The notes under the pieces are model-generated. The model had not been told where the DNA came from, searched no databases, and saw only the letters and a list, made by a program, of their open reading frames with translations. 53,450 nucleotides of DNA, from positions 1 to 53,450 of the forward strand of contig CAZMHS010000004.1 in the NCBI GenBank assembly GCA_964566185.1, given 5' to 3'. The position numbers and the translations under genes are program-made. How positions within the stretch are numbered: position 1 is the first letter of the stretch; each line of letters starts with the position of its first letter. Source of the stretch: an uncultured Alphaproteobacteria bacterium (GTDB lineage Bacteria; Pseudomonadota; Alphaproteobacteria; UBA3830; CAYLKK01). Positions 9,746-19,573 of the stretch are shown here, piece after piece.

Positions 9746-12409
9746 CTATTCTGTTTCTACGTTAGCTATTCGAGCTGCTGATACTACTTTTTCTCCTCTT
9801 TCTAGCCGGAACAATATGACACCTTGTGTTGCTCTACTAGTAATTCTTATTTCATCTACAGTACATCTAATCATTTTTCCTAAATTTGTTATGAGCATTA
9901 TTTCGTCGCTATCATCTACAGGAAATACAGAAACTACTTTCCCATTTTTGTCGCTTAAATCTATATTCTTTACACCTTGAACGCCGCGACTTGTCGTTCT
10001 ATATTCGTACGCGGAAGTCCGCTTTCCATAGCCCTTTTCTGTAACTGTTAACAACATTTGTTCGTGTTGTCTTAATTCTTCAAAGTTTTCAGGCTTTTGT
10101 ATAGGCGTTTGCACTACATCTAAATCTAATTCGTCCTTTCCTCTTCTGAGAGAGTTCGAGTATTTTATATATTCATCTCGAGATTCTGGGTCTAAATTAG
10201 AATTATTTAAAATAGTCATAGAGATGACTTCATCGTCGCCTAACAGCTTTATCGCACGAACCCCTGTTGATGATCTACTTGCAAAAACGCGTAATTCATT
10301 TAAGGAAAATCTAACGCATTTCCCCATTTTTGATGATACCATTATATCATTATTTTCATCGCAAAATGCCACGCTAATTAAACGTTCTCCGTCTTCAAGC
10401 TTAATGGCAATTTTTCCATTCGATCTAATATTTATAAAATCTGCTAATTTATTGCGTCTGATCGAGCCTTGCGATGTTGCAAACACAACATCCAAATCTT
10501 GGTACGTGTCGACATCTTCCGGCATAAGCATCGTCGTTGCTATTGTTTCGCCTAATTTCAGAGGTAGTACATTTACCAAAGCTTTTCCTCTTGCTTGAGG
10601 TGTTGCTTGCGGTAATTTGTATACCTTCATATTATATACGATTCCTGTTGTTGAGAAAAATAACACAGATGAATGCGTATTCGCGACAAATAAATCATGA
10701 ACGAAATCCTCGTCCTTAGGTATCATACCAGTTTTCCCTTTGCCGCCTCTTCTTTGCGTTCTGTAGCTGCTTAATGGAACGCGTTTGATATAACCCTCAT
10801 GACTTACGACTACGACCATGTCCTCTTTCTGTATGAGGTCTTCTATCTCAACATCTAACTCATCTTGTTCTATGTTCGTTCTTCTTGGTGTTGCGAATTC
10901 TGCTTTTATTAGATTCATTTCGGTCTTGATTATTTCAAGAATTCTTGACCTTGAGCTTAAAATGTTTAGTAGATCCTTTATTTTATCTGTTAAGCCTGTT
11001 ATTTCGTCTTCTATCTTTTTACGCTCAAGAGCTGTTAACCTTTGCAGCTTAAGATCTAATATTGCTTGAGCTTGATCTTCTGTAAGTCTAGATTTGCCAT
11101 TTTGTACGATATTTCCACCATCATCTACTAATTTGATCAATGGCTCTATTTCTACTACGTCCCATAATGTTTCTACAAGTTCTGCTTTTGCTGTCGCTGC
11201 GTCTTTGCTAGATTTTATAATACTTATTATACGGTCGATATTTGCAACAGCTACGGCTAATCCGATTAATAAGTGCGCTTGCCTTCTAGCTTTCTGCAAA
11301 TCGAAACGGGTTCTGCGTATCACGACATCTATGCGGAAATTGACGAATGTCGATACAATTTCCAAAATGTTCATTAATTTCGGTCGTCCATTAATTAGTG
11401 CAAGCATGTTGATACCGAAAGATGTTTGCACTTGTGTGTATTTGTACAATTTATTCAATATAACTTCTGGTACAACGTCTTTTTTTAATTCTACGACTAC
11501 TCTGACTCCGTCTTTATCTGATTCATCTCGTAGATCAGATATTCCTTCTATTGTTTTATCATTTACTAATTCCGCTATTTTCTCCAACAACTTGGATTTG
11601 TTTACTTGATATGGAATTTCTGTAAATACAATCGATTGTCTATCTTTTTTGAATTCTTCAATGTGGTGTTTTGCGCGTATTGTAATCGAACCTCGTCCAG
11701 ATTTATAAGCGTCATATATTCCTTTAACCCCAACTATTGTGCCACCTGTTGGAAAATCTGGGCCTTTTATGTATTGAACTAACTCTTCTGTTGTTATGTC
11801 TGAATTATCTATGTACGCTACGCAGGCATCTATCGCTTCTCCTAAATTATGAGGTGGGATATTAGTAGCCATGCCAACAGCGATTCCTCCAGCTCCATTT
11901 ACTAATAAATTTGGAAATTTTGCTGGTAATAGGACCGGTTCTTGTAAGGATTCATCATAATTCGGCTGAAAAGAAACAGTATCTTTATCTATATCGTCTA
12001 ATAAAGAGCTGCCTAATTTCGATAGTCTGGCTTCCGTATAACGCATTGCAGCAGCAGAATCACCATCCATTGACCCGAAGTTTCCTTGGCCTTCTACAAG
12101 TTTTTCTCTCATAGAAAATTCTTGCGCCATTCGTACCATCGAATCATATATGGCCGAATCTCCGTGCGGGTGATACTTTCCCATCACGTCTCCAACTATA
12201 CGCGCAGATTTTTTATACGCTTTGTTGTAATCACAGCCTACTTCCTTCATCCCATACAATATTCTTCTATGAACAGGCTTTAGTCCATCTCGTACATCTG
12301 GTAATGCTCTTGCGACAATTACACTCATCGCATAATCTAAATAAGACTGCTTTACCTCTGTTTCTAGCGCTATTTGTACTATATCTTCTTCTTTATTTTC
12401 CGTAGACAA
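9746..12409 (-). CDS. gyrA: DNA gyrase subunit A
   Basis: [19 protein letters not shown], the active-site region [10 protein letters not shown], and a C-terminal beta-pinwheel repeat region. Confidence 0.96.
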   Translation of the reverse strand: MSTENKEEDIVQIALETEVKQSYLDYAMSVIVARALPDVRDGLKPVHRRILYGMKEVGCDYNKAYKKSARIVGDVMGKYHPHGDSAIYDSMVRMAQEFSMREKLVEGQGNFGSMDGDSAAAMRYTEARLSKLGSSLLDDIDKDTVSFQPNYDESLQEPVLLPAKFPNLLVNGAGGIAVGMATNIPPHNLGEAIDACVAYIDNSDITTEELVQYIKGPDFPTGGTIVGVKGIYDAYKSGRGSITIRAKHHIEEFKKDRQSIVFTEIPYQVNKSKLLEKIAELVNDKTIEGISDLRDESDKDGVRVVVELKKDVVPEVILNKLYKYTQVQTSFGINMLALINGRPKLMNILEIVSTFVNFRIDVVIRRTRFDLQKARRQAHLLIGLAVAVANIDRIISIIKSSKDAATAKAELVETLWDVVEIEPLIKLVDDGGNIVQNGKSRLTEDQAQAILDLKLQRLTALERKKIEDEITGLTDKIKDLLNILSSRSRILEIIKTEMNLIKAEFATPRRTNIEQDELDVEIEDLIQKEDMVVVVSHEGYIKRVPLSSYRTQRRGGKGKTGMIPKDEDFVHDLFVANTHSSVLFFSTTGIVYNMKVYKLPQATPQARGKALVNVLPLKLGETIATTMLMPEDVDTYQDLDVVFATSQGSIRRNKLADFINIRSNGKIAIKLEDGERLISVAFCDENNDIMVSSKMGKCVRFSLNELRVFASRSSTGVRAIKLLGDDEVISMTILNNSNLDPESRDEYIKYSNSLRRGKDELDLDVVQTPIQKPENFEELRQHEQMLLTVTEKGYGKRTSAYEYRTTSRGVQGVKNIDLSDKNGKVVSVFPVDDSDEIMLITNLGKMIRCTVDEIRITSRATQGVILFRLERGEKVVSAARIANVETE

Positions 12410-12446
12410 CTGATTTCTCCAACAACTCTAAAAAATTATGAACGAC

Positions 12447-12869
12447 TTAAAACGGTATGTCATCATCAATGATGGAAGCGTCAGGTGCATGCCCATCGAA
12501 TGATATCGAGGAATCGCCTTTGTTATCGAATAACACCATTTCTCCTCTGAATCTTGACAACACTATCTCCGTAGTGTATTTTTCTACTCCTGTTTGGTCT
12601 TGCCATTTTCTGGTCTGCAGCTGGCCTTCTATATAAATTTTACTTCCTTTATGGACATATTTTTCTGCAACTTCTGCTAAATTCTGGTTGAAGACTACGA
12701 CTCTATGCCATTCTGTTTTATCTTGTTTCTCTCCTGATTCCCTGTTTCTCCACGATTCAGTTGTTGCTACTGAAAATGACGCCACTTTTGATCCGTCTTG
12801 TGTCGTTCTTATCTCAGGATCACGCCCTACATTTCCAACTATTATTACCTTATTTACGCTGAATGCCAT
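12447..12869 (-). CDS. ssb: Single-stranded DNA-binding protein
   Basis: OB-fold N-terminus ([16 protein letters not shown]...TEWHRVVVF) and an acidic tail ending in DDDIPF. Confidence 0.93.
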   Translation of the reverse strand: MAFSVNKVIIVGNVGRDPEIRTTQDGSKVASFSVATTESWRNRESGEKQDKTEWHRVVVFNQNLAEVAEKYVHKGSKIYIEGQLQTRKWQDQTGVEKYTTEIVLSRFRGEMVLFDNKGDSSISFDGHAPDASIIDDDIPF

Positions 12870-12943
12870 TATTTCTCCACAACAAATACCTGTGGCGATT
12901 ATAATCCATTCTGCAAAAATTTTCTAGTGATTTCATTTGGAAA

Positions 12944-13019
12944 TGGCGTCCCTAACGAGATTCGAACTCGTGTTGCCGCCGTGAAAGGGCGGTGTCCTAG
13001 GCCTCTAGACGATAGGGAC
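12944..13019 (-). tRNA. tRNA-Glu (anticodon UUC), CCA encoded
   Basis: The reverse complement reads GTCCCTATCGTCTAGAGGCCTAGGACACCGCCCTTTCACGGCGGCAACACGAGTTCGAATCTCGTTAGGGACGCCA. Hand-folded, it gives a 7-bp acceptor stem, anticodon stem CCGCC/GGCGG with loop CTTTCAC, and T arm ACGAG-TTCGAAT-CTCGT. Confidence 0.93.
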
Positions 13020-13033
13020 TCGAAAACGGCTAC

Positions 13034-13063
13034 AGTGTATCATCGTTACTTGTTAGATGTCAA
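13034..13063 (-). promoter_or_regulatory. Putative sigma70-type promoter for tRNA-Glu (and possibly ssb)
   Basis: On the minus strand: TTGACA (13063-13058), 18 nt spacer, TACACT (13039-13034). The -10 ends 14 nt before the tRNA 5' end. Confidence 0.5.
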
Positions 13064-13120
13064 GGCGTTTTTTCGCAATTTCATTATTCTATATTTTTCT
13101 ACGAGTTCGTAGTTTGAATA

Positions 13121-14530
13121 TTATTTCACTGTTGCCTCCATATACACTATTTTTTTTAAGCATTTTACAGTGTTTAAATTCTTTAACTTTATGCGTATTT
13201 TCGTCGGAATGCTAACTAGGTGAGACTTTAGTTCTTGTATATCTTTAAAGTTCACGTGTCTAGTTGAATCTATTTGAAAACTTGGAGGATTTTCTACAGA
13301 TATGTCTTCAATGATGTTACTTGTTGTATCTCTACAATCTTTTGTTTCATATTTTATGTTTGGCAATTTAATGTTTTGTAAACACGTTGATATTTTTAGT
13401 TTTACGAACCTCTGATCTCCTGTCATTTTAATCGTTGTTTGGACAACCTTACCGATGATGTATTTATCTTTATTTTGTATACGTACAGTGTCGTCGACAG
13501 TGATGTTATATAATTTTTCGAATTTTCCGCATATTTCAATTTTCGTATTTCTTTGTTTCGCAAGCATGTGGTTGAATGCGCGTCTTGCGACAGATTGTAC
13601 GACTTTTTCTCCGCTTTTACTTTCGAAAAAACTGCTATTACTTTTGCTGATTGTTAACTCGTTTAGCTTTATGTAAATATTTTTTTCTGTACCATTGTTT
13701 GACGTGTGATTGTTGAGTGTGAAGTTTAGAGTTTCCTCTATTTTCTGTCTATAATGCCAATGCAAATCAAAAATACCATCAAACCAAAATCTTTTTAATT
13801 TAACTGGTTCTTTGTTTACATTAAAGCTGCAAGAATGAGGTAAGTTACTTGGATATGCTCTTTTTATTTTAAACATTCCTATGCTGTAACAGCTTTTTGG
13901 TAATGATCTGGATAATTGCCACCATTGATTTTTTAGATTATTTAGTGAATTGACACGTTTTTCTGGAAACAAATTCGCTATAATCTGAAATACGTCAATC
14001 ATGCCACTTCGTTCTTGGATCCATTGCGCTGTTACATGCATATTTACTTTTGATAGAGGTTCATTCATCTTCTTGATTGAACTTGACCAGTAATCTTCCA
14101 TGCGTATGTCGTGTTTATATTCAGCATCAACGATATTAGATAATTTTACATCACCTGATGTTCTCGAAAAAAAGAATCTTGCAGGATACTCTTCTGTCAC
14201 ATCATTCATATTGCCATTAGCTAGTTCTTTGCTGTAATTCTTTGATGCGCAAAAATCTGATGCTATTTTTTGTATTTGTTCTTTTTTGAAATGCGATATA
14301 ACCCTAACGACAGTGAACATGCTACTTGTACGAGATGGTGTTTCGTGTATCTCTCCTTTTAGTAGAATGTTGTTGCCGTACATGATAGTAGCCTCCTGGA
14401 GGCCGTCTGTGTTAAAATCGCTTTTGAGCATGACAGTTGCTGTTGCTAGCTCTCCTTCTTTTTGTGAAATTTCCAACTGAAATATTTCGTGGCAATCGCT
14501 TCTGCCTGGTGTTCTTAAATAAACGGACAT
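13121..14530 (-). CDS. Hypothetical protein (470 aa) immediately downstream of the terminase gene; no family recognised
   Basis: A long ORF in a dense coding context. I prefer the internal ATG at 14530 (MSVYLRTPGRS...) because AGGAG lies 7 nt upstream and it starts 22 nt after the terminase stop. The track's longer 516-aa form (start 14671) would overlap the terminase gene by 119 nt. Confidence 0.6.
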   Translation of the reverse strand: MSVYLRTPGRSDCHEIFQLEISQKEGELATATVMLKSDFNTDGLQEATIMYGNNILLKGEIHETPSRTSSMFTVVRVISHFKKEQIQKIASDFCASKNYSKELANGNMNDVTEEYPARFFFSRTSGDVKLSNIVDAEYKHDIRMEDYWSSSIKKMNEPLSKVNMHVTAQWIQERSGMIDVFQIIANLFPEKRVNSLNNLKNQWWQLSRSLPKSCYSIGMFKIKRAYPSNLPHSCSFNVNKEPVKLKRFWFDGIFDLHWHYRQKIEETLNFTLNNHTSNNGTEKNIYIKLNELTISKSNSSFFESKSGEKVVQSVARRAFNHMLAKQRNTKIEICGKFEKLYNITVDDTVRIQNKDKYIIGKVVQTTIKMTGDQRFVKLKISTCLQNIKLPNIKYETKDCRDTTSNIIEDISVENPPSFQIDSTRHVNFKDIQELKSHLVSIPTKIRIKLKNLNTVKCLKKIVYMEATVK

Positions 14531-14552
14531 ATTTTTTCTCCTATTTTTACTG

Positions 14553-15824
14553 TTATATTTCAATATTCCATATATTGGTGCTTTTTTTCTTTGATTTATC
14601 AAGCATAAGATCTCTAAGACCCCATACAAGTGCGTCAACTCTATCAGGTGATTTCTTTTTTTCTTTTCCAAATGATATCATTTGCATTTCGAGAGTTCTA
14701 AACTGTCGAATATGAAATATTTTTTTCTTTGTATACAAATTGTAGATTGGAACTGCTCTTGCTCTTTTTGAAGATGTTGCTCTGACGCTTTTTATTTTCA
14801 TATTCGGATTTATTTTTTGTAATAAAGATTTTACTACGTCACCTCCTTGATTGTTTTCAAAAACCACGTACTCAGCATTGTATTTTTCGTAAGCCAATGC
14901 TATGGTTTTAGCCCATTCATCTGGTGGCGCATGCGTAGATAGGTCCTCTATTACGTACGCATCATGCATCTCGTCTATTGCGCATACAATAATGCCAGTT
15001 TCATCGTGAACTTTTGATGAACTAACAGACGGATCTACGGCTATTATAATTTTTTCAAAATCGAAATTTGTCGTTTTATATGAATTGCTTATATCATCAA
15101 ATGTCCATAATCCGTTTTCATTGTCATCAATGATTTCTCCGAAAATTTCTTGTGCTTCGATTGCTGTTCCTTTCATGTATTCTAATTGTTGCATGAAATT
15201 TTTTGATAGATTATTTTTGTTTTCTAACGTAGTTCCTCTGGTTAAAAAAACATCTTGCTGTTTCGTTAAATCCTTAAGAAATTTTATTGGCCTTGGTGTT
15301 GTCGTGATAATAATTCTTGGATTTTCGCCTAATCGCAATGCAAGATTCAGTTGGTCAAATAACGCTTTTGGATTAGAGAACTTTGCTATTTCATCTATCC
15401 AAGCGAAGTCGAATTGCGGCCCCCTTAATTGGTCGTAATGTTCGCCACTATAAATATTTGCGATAGCTCCATTCGGCCAAAGTAGTTGCTGCTTTGTTTT
15501 TAGGTACTTAATATTGTCTTCTATTCTTGCGCTTGACAATATACCGCTTTCTCCTTCTAGCATAACGCTTTGTGCTTCTTTTTGTGATGCGCCGATAAGC
15601 GCAATTCTTTTATATCGATTTTCTCTTACAAGTTGAAGTACTGCTTCTGCTGCAGCTCTTGTTTTGCCAAATCCTCTTCCGGCCATGATAAGCCATATAT
15701 TCCAATTTCCTGACGGCATTTTCTGATTATCTCTAGCTAGCTCATTCCACGTTGGAGTCGTGCTCGCTACTCTGCTCTGGTACTCTGAACGCAGCACCGT
15801 CAGGAGCTCTTCCCTTGTTAACAT
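14553..15824 (-). CDS. Phage/GTA-type terminase large subunit (TerL)
   Basis: Walker A WLIMAGRGFGKTRAAAEAV and Walker B FAWIDEIAKF, in the pattern I associate with RcGTA g2-like terminases. The C-terminal RNaseH-like nuclease region carries acidic residues (IIIAVDPS..., VVFENNQGGD, SPDRVDALVWGL). AGGAG lies 9 nt upstream of the ATG. Confidence 0.82.
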   Translation of the reverse strand: MLTREELLTVLRSEYQSRVASTTPTWNELARDNQKMPSGNWNIWLIMAGRGFGKTRAAAEAVLQLVRENRYKRIALIGASQKEAQSVMLEGESGILSSARIEDNIKYLKTKQQLLWPNGAIANIYSGEHYDQLRGPQFDFAWIDEIAKFSNPKALFDQLNLALRLGENPRIIITTTPRPIKFLKDLTKQQDVFLTRGTTLENKNNLSKNFMQQLEYMKGTAIEAQEIFGEIIDDNENGLWTFDDISNSYKTTNFDFEKIIIAVDPSVSSSKVHDETGIIVCAIDEMHDAYVIEDLSTHAPPDEWAKTIALAYEKYNAEYVVFENNQGGDVVKSLLQKINPNMKIKSVRATSSKRARAVPIYNLYTKKKIFHIRQFRTLEMQMISFGKEKKKSPDRVDALVWGLRDLMLDKSKKKSTNIWNIEI

Positions 15825-15876
15825 AATGGAGGTCTCCTAAAAAAGTATGTAAATGATTATTGTAATGAATGGCTAC

Positions 15877-15906
15877 ATTATACTATTCTATAGTGGTGTA
15901 TGTCAA
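15877..15906 (-). promoter_or_regulatory. Near-consensus sigma70 promoter driving the terminase operon
   Basis: On the minus strand: TTGACA (15906-15901), 18 nt spacer, TATAAT (15882-15877), about 50 nt upstream of the terminase ATG. Confidence 0.55.
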
Positions 15907-15931
15907 GTGTTTTCTTTCGTTTTCTGCTTCC

Positions 15932-15961
15932 TTGTTTCTGCACTATTATTTTGTGTATAAT
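15932..15961 (+). promoter_or_regulatory. Putative promoter for fabG (divergent from the terminase promoter)
   Basis: TTGTTT (15932-15937), 18 nt spacer, TATAAT (15956-15961), 31 nt before the fabG ATG. Confidence 0.4.
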
Positions 15962-15992
15962 ACCAGCATGTTGTATTTTTTAGGAATAAGTT

Positions 15993-16733
15993 ATGTCTAA
16001 TCTTGCAGATAAAACAGCGCTCATTACTGGAGCAAGTGGTGCGATTGGAAGAGCTATTGTCGCATCATTGTATAATGCTGGAGCTCATCTGATAATTACT
16101 GGTACGAATGTAGATCGTTTGACGGAGGTTTGTAATTCTTATAAGGATAGATGTAATCTTATCAAATGTGATTTTAACAATCATGAGCAAGTTGGAAATT
16201 TAGTACAAAACATTGAAAATCAGTTTTGTAAGAAGGTCGATATACTTGTTAACAATGCTGGTACGACTGACGATTGTCTTCTAATGCGTATGAGTGATGA
16301 GTCTTGGAAAAATGTAATCGATATTAACTTAACTGCAACTTTTAAGCTAATGCAAGCCTGTATTCGTGGTATGATAAAGTCAAAATGGGGTAGAATAATT
16401 AATATTTCGTCTATCGTTGCATTTACTGGAAATCCAGGCCAAGCAAACTATTGCGCATCTAAAGCTGGGATGATAGGATTGTCCAAAAGCGTTGCAATGG
16501 AGGTTGCTAGGCGTGGGATTACTGTAAATTGCGTTGCTCCTGGCATGATAGCGTCAGCTATGATAGATAAGCTGCCTGAAGATGCTCAGCAAAAAATGTT
16601 ATCTAGTATTCCTGTTGGAAGAGTTGGTGTACCTGAAGATGTGGCGAATTGTGTGTCGTTTTTAGCCTCAAAAGAGTCATCATTTATTACAGGGCATGTT
16701 TTACATGTTAATGGAGGTATGGCAATGCTGTAA
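15993..16733 (+). CDS. fabG: 3-oxoacyl-[ACP] reductase FabG
   Basis: SDR motifs TGASGAIGRAI, NNAG and YCASKAG (YxxxK). Located in a fabG-acpP-fabF context. Confidence 0.92.
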   Translation: MSNLADKTALITGASGAIGRAIVASLYNAGAHLIITGTNVDRLTEVCNSYKDRCNLIKCDFNNHEQVGNLVQNIENQFCKKVDILVNNAGTTDDCLLMRMSDESWKNVIDINLTATFKLMQACIRGMIKSKWGRIINISSIVAFTGNPGQANYCASKAGMIGLSKSVAMEVARRGITVNCVAPGMIASAMIDKLPEDAQQKMLSSIPVGRVGVPEDVANCVSFLASKESSFITGHVLHVNGGMAML

Positions 16734-16848
16734 GATTTTTGTTTAAAAAAAATCCGTTTTATGGTATTTGTCTATATTAGTTGTTTTATTACGAAGCTCA
16801 ATAGTTACTGTTGTGCATTTTGTTGAATAGTTTTATAAAGGTTGAAAG

Positions 16849-17085
16849 ATGGAAAATTCTGAGCAGAAGTTGAAAGAGTTAATAGCGAAACACCTCGATG
16901 TTGATATTTCTAAAGTCGTAGATGACGCTAGGATGGTTGATGATTTAGGGGCTGATAGTTTGGATACCGTCGAGCTTGTCATGGAAATAGAAGAGGCTTT
17001 CGGCGTTGAAATTAGCGATCAGGATGCCATGAAGCTGATTACCGTTGGTGATTGTGTTAACTATGTAAAGAATAATTCTAAATAG
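16849..17085 (+). CDS. acpP: Acyl carrier protein
   Basis: 78 aa, with the phosphopantetheine attachment motif [13 protein letters not shown]. Confidence 0.95.
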   Translation: MENSEQKLKELIAKHLDVDISKVVDDARMVDDLGADSLDTVELVMEIEEAFGVEISDQDAMKLITVGDCVNYVKNNSK

Positions 17086-17105
17086 TTTTTCGGGATTGCA
17101 TTATA

Positions 17106-18368
17106 ATGAGAAGGGCTGTAATAACTGGTATTGGTGCCGTTTGTCCGTTGTCGTGTGACATTAATGAGGCTTGGAAAAAGCTAATTTCCGGCGAATCTGG
17201 TGTCAACGCGATAAACGGTTTTGATGTTAGTGACTTGTCTTCTAAAATCGCTGGGCAGTTGCCTACGCTTGATAACCCAAAAAACGCGAATTCAGTAATG
17301 AACCCGTTAGACTTTTTTTCAGGAAAGGAATTAAATCGCGTTGACGCGTTTATAGTATACGGTATTGCTGCTGCTTCTCAAGCTGTTTTAAATGCAGGAA
17401 TCGAGCAATTATCTGATGAGCAGAAAGAACGCGTAGGCGTGATTATTGCTTCAGGAATTGGTGGTTTAAGTACGATATATGAGACATCTGTTGTTTTAAA
17501 GGAGCGAGGCGCTCGTCGTGTATCTCCATTCTTTATCCCTTCATCGTTGATCAATTTGGCGTCAGGTCATGTTTCTATGCGATATGGGTTTAAGGGGCCT
17601 AATCATTCCGTTGTTACAGCGTGTTCTTCTGGTACTCACGCTATAGGAGATGCTGCGAAAATGATTAAGTGTGGTGAGGCTGATGTTATGGTTGCCGGTG
17701 GATCTGAGGCTGCCGTGTGTCGGTTGGGCGTCGCTGGTTTCGCTGCTGCGCGTTCATTATCTTCTGCTTATAATGATAGGCCTAGTTGTGCTTCTAGACC
17801 TTGGGATAAAAATAGGGATGGTTTTGTAATTGCAGAAGGTTCTGCTTGTGTTGTTGTTGAAGAGTATGAGCACGCAAAAGCTCGAGGTGCTCAAATATAC
17901 GCGGAAATTATAGGGTATGGCATGTCTGGTGACGCATATCATATTACAGCTCCTCCTGTTGATGGAGATGGCGCTCGTAGGGCTATGCAGATGGCGTTAC
18001 GCTCAGCGAAAGTTGCTCCTGATGATATCGATTATATTAATGCACATGGAACGTCAACGCAGGTCGGAGATTTGGCTGAATTGAGAGCTGTTGAAAAATT
18101 GTTCGGAAATGTGAAAAATATTAAGATGTCATCGACAAAATCATCTACAGGTCATTTATTAGGTGCTGCTGGTGCTCTTGAAGCTATTTTCTCCATATTA
18201 GCTATGCGTGATAATGTGGTTCCTCCTACGCTAAATTTATATGAATCAGAAGATACGTGTATGAATTTAGTTCCTTTGACTGCTCAGGAGGCAAATATAA
18301 ACGTTGTTATGTCGAATTCTTTTGGATTCGGTGGGACGAATTCTTGTATTGTGATGAAAAAGGTTTAA
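17106..18368 (+). CDS. fabF: 3-oxoacyl-[ACP] synthase II FabF
   Basis: Active-site Cys region VVTACSSGTHAIGDA, plus the His motifs NAHGTST and STGHLLGAAG. Confidence 0.93.
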   Translation: MRRAVITGIGAVCPLSCDINEAWKKLISGESGVNAINGFDVSDLSSKIAGQLPTLDNPKNANSVMNPLDFFSGKELNRVDAFIVYGIAAASQAVLNAGIEQLSDEQKERVGVIIASGIGGLSTIYETSVVLKERGARRVSPFFIPSSLINLASGHVSMRYGFKGPNHSVVTACSSGTHAIGDAAKMIKCGEADVMVAGGSEAAVCRLGVAGFAAARSLSSAYNDRPSCASRPWDKNRDGFVIAEGSACVVVEEYEHAKARGAQIYAEIIGYGMSGDAYHITAPPVDGDGARRAMQMALRSAKVAPDDIDYINAHGTSTQVGDLAELRAVEKLFGNVKNIKMSSTKSSTGHLLGAAGALEAIFSILAMRDNVVPPTLNLYESEDTCMNLVPLTAQEANINVVMSNSFGFGGTNSCIVMKKV

Positions 18369-18422
18369 GACGAATATTTGTTCACGTAGAGCGTTATTAG
18401 CTCAAATGTTTTCAAACTCTTG

Positions 18423-18451
18423 TTGACTAGTGTTCATGTGGGACGTATAAT
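18423..18451 (+). promoter_or_regulatory. Near-consensus sigma70 promoter for the M23 peptidase gene
   Basis: TTGACT (18423-18428), 17 nt spacer, TATAAT (18446-18451). GAGGGTGAG sits just before the TTG start at 18479. Confidence 0.55.
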
Positions 18452-18478
18452 TTGTTTGTGTAGTAAAATGAGGGTGAG

Positions 18479-19573
18479 TTGTCTGTAAAGCATTTTTTGC
18501 AATATTCGCGGGTTTATAAGGGAATATTTGTTGTATTTAGTGGGTATTTTGTTTTTGCTGCGTGTAATAGCTATTCTGATCCGAAGATTGACGCTGGTGA
18601 AGACGAAAAAGTCGAAACTAGTATTGATGAGAATCAAAGTACAAATTCTTCCGCGTTAGAACAACATGAAGCGAATGAGACGTCGGGTTTATCGGATAAC
18701 TTTCTTTCCAACCAGAGCGTCCAAGTATTGGATAATAACGCGCAAGACATTAAGCATAATTCTGCTCTGAGAGACATCAAGGTTTCTAATAGCGATGCTG
18801 TGTATGTAGATGGCATTATTAAGAACAATTTTTACACGTCAGCGATTGATATTGGTATACCTGTTAAAGTTGTCAAATCTTTCATCGGTATTTTAGGTAA
18901 GAGGGTGAATTTTCGCTCTGGTTTAAGAAATGGTGATTCTTTTGCCGTTGTTTATGATAAGAAAACGTATGTTGTTTTGTACTTACAGATTAGCGTGCGT
19001 GGAAAGCAAATTACTGCATATAAAGGTGTAAATAGCGATAATAAATATTATTTTAAAGATGGAACACCGGTAGACACTAATGTCGTTTTTTTTAAAAAAC
19101 CTATAGAAAAGGCTAGAATATCGTCACCATATGGATATCGCTTGCACCCAATACTTGGCGTGTTTAAAAAGCATTCAGGCATAGATTATGCAGCTCCTTA
19201 CGGCACTCCTGTTTATGCTGCTTGTGACGGAATTATAAAGAAGCGAGGCTATGATAATTATAGCGGAAAGCATGTAGTTGTAAAGCATTCTAATGGATAT
19301 GAAACAGTGTATGCTCATCTTAGCTCTTTCGAAAATGTGAAAATTGGTGAACATATTTTGTGCGGTTCTCGTATTGGACGTGTCGGATCTACAGGACGTA
19401 GCACCGGAGCGCATCTTCACTATGCTGTTAGGAAAAATGGAGTATATGTGAATCCTTCAAAGGCTATGTCTATTCGTGGACACGTGAAATTGTGCAGTTC
19501 AAAATATCGGAACTTTACTAATTCTGTCGATTCAGCAATACGAAGTGTTAAAGCTTCTGGCAGTAATATATAA
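18479..19573 (+). CDS. M23 (LytM) family metallopeptidase, probable lipoprotein
   Basis: TTG start. Lipobox-like FVFAAC. Intact catalytic motifs HSGIDYAAP and GSTGRSTGAHLHYAV. Confidence 0.85.
   Translation: MSVKHFLQYSRVYKGIFVVFSGYFVFAACNSYSDPKIDAGEDEKVETSIDENQSTNSSALEQHEANETSGLSDNFLSNQSVQVLDNNAQDIKHNSALRDIKVSNSDAVYVDGIIKNNFYTSAIDIGIPVKVVKSFIGILGKRVNFRSGLRNGDSFAVVYDKKTYVVLYLQISVRGKQITAYKGVNSDNKYYFKDGTPVDTNVVFFKKPIEKARISSPYGYRLHPILGVFKKHSGIDYAAPYGTPVYAACDGIIKKRGYDNYSGKHVVVKHSNGYETVYAHLSSFENVKIGEHILCGSRIGRVGSTGRSTGAHLHYAVRKNGVYVNPSKAMSIRGHVKLCSSKYRNFTNSVDSAIRSVKASGSNI

Noticed and set aside
11094-11609. A 171-aa plus-strand ORF inside gyrA, together with the many other 60-150-aa track ORFs antisense to or overlapping well-supported genes (for example 273-497, 1582-1914, 2766-3140, 3839-4228, 7061-7414, 8689-9042, 10224-10598, 21565-21921, 30936-31364, 35046-35504, 43124-43495 and 48357-48719).
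   Set aside because: They lie opposite or out of frame to strongly conserved genes. Their composition is low-complexity and rich in S, F, L and I, as expected from reading AT-rich coding DNA in the wrong frame. They also lack recognisable motifs or ribosome-binding sites.
13101-13114. The palindrome CTACGAGTTCGTAG just after the stop of the 470-aa ORF, considered as a terminator.
   Set aside because: The loop is only 2 nt. On the transcribed (minus) strand the hairpin is followed by an A-run rather than a U-run. This is not a convincing intrinsic terminator.
14531-14671. A longer 516-aa version of the ORF downstream of the terminase.
   Set aside because: It would overlap the terminase coding region by 119 nt. 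The internal ATG at 14530 has a proper AGGAG and starts just after the terminase stop.
12944-15992. The terminase region interpreted as a classical prophage remnant integrated into tRNA-Glu.
   Set aside because: The phage-like genes lie on the 5' side of the tRNA, whereas integration normally leaves the element downstream of the tRNA 3' end. I also found no copy of the tRNA-Glu 3' segment (TTCGAATCTCGTTAGGGACGCCA or its complement) in 15825-15992.
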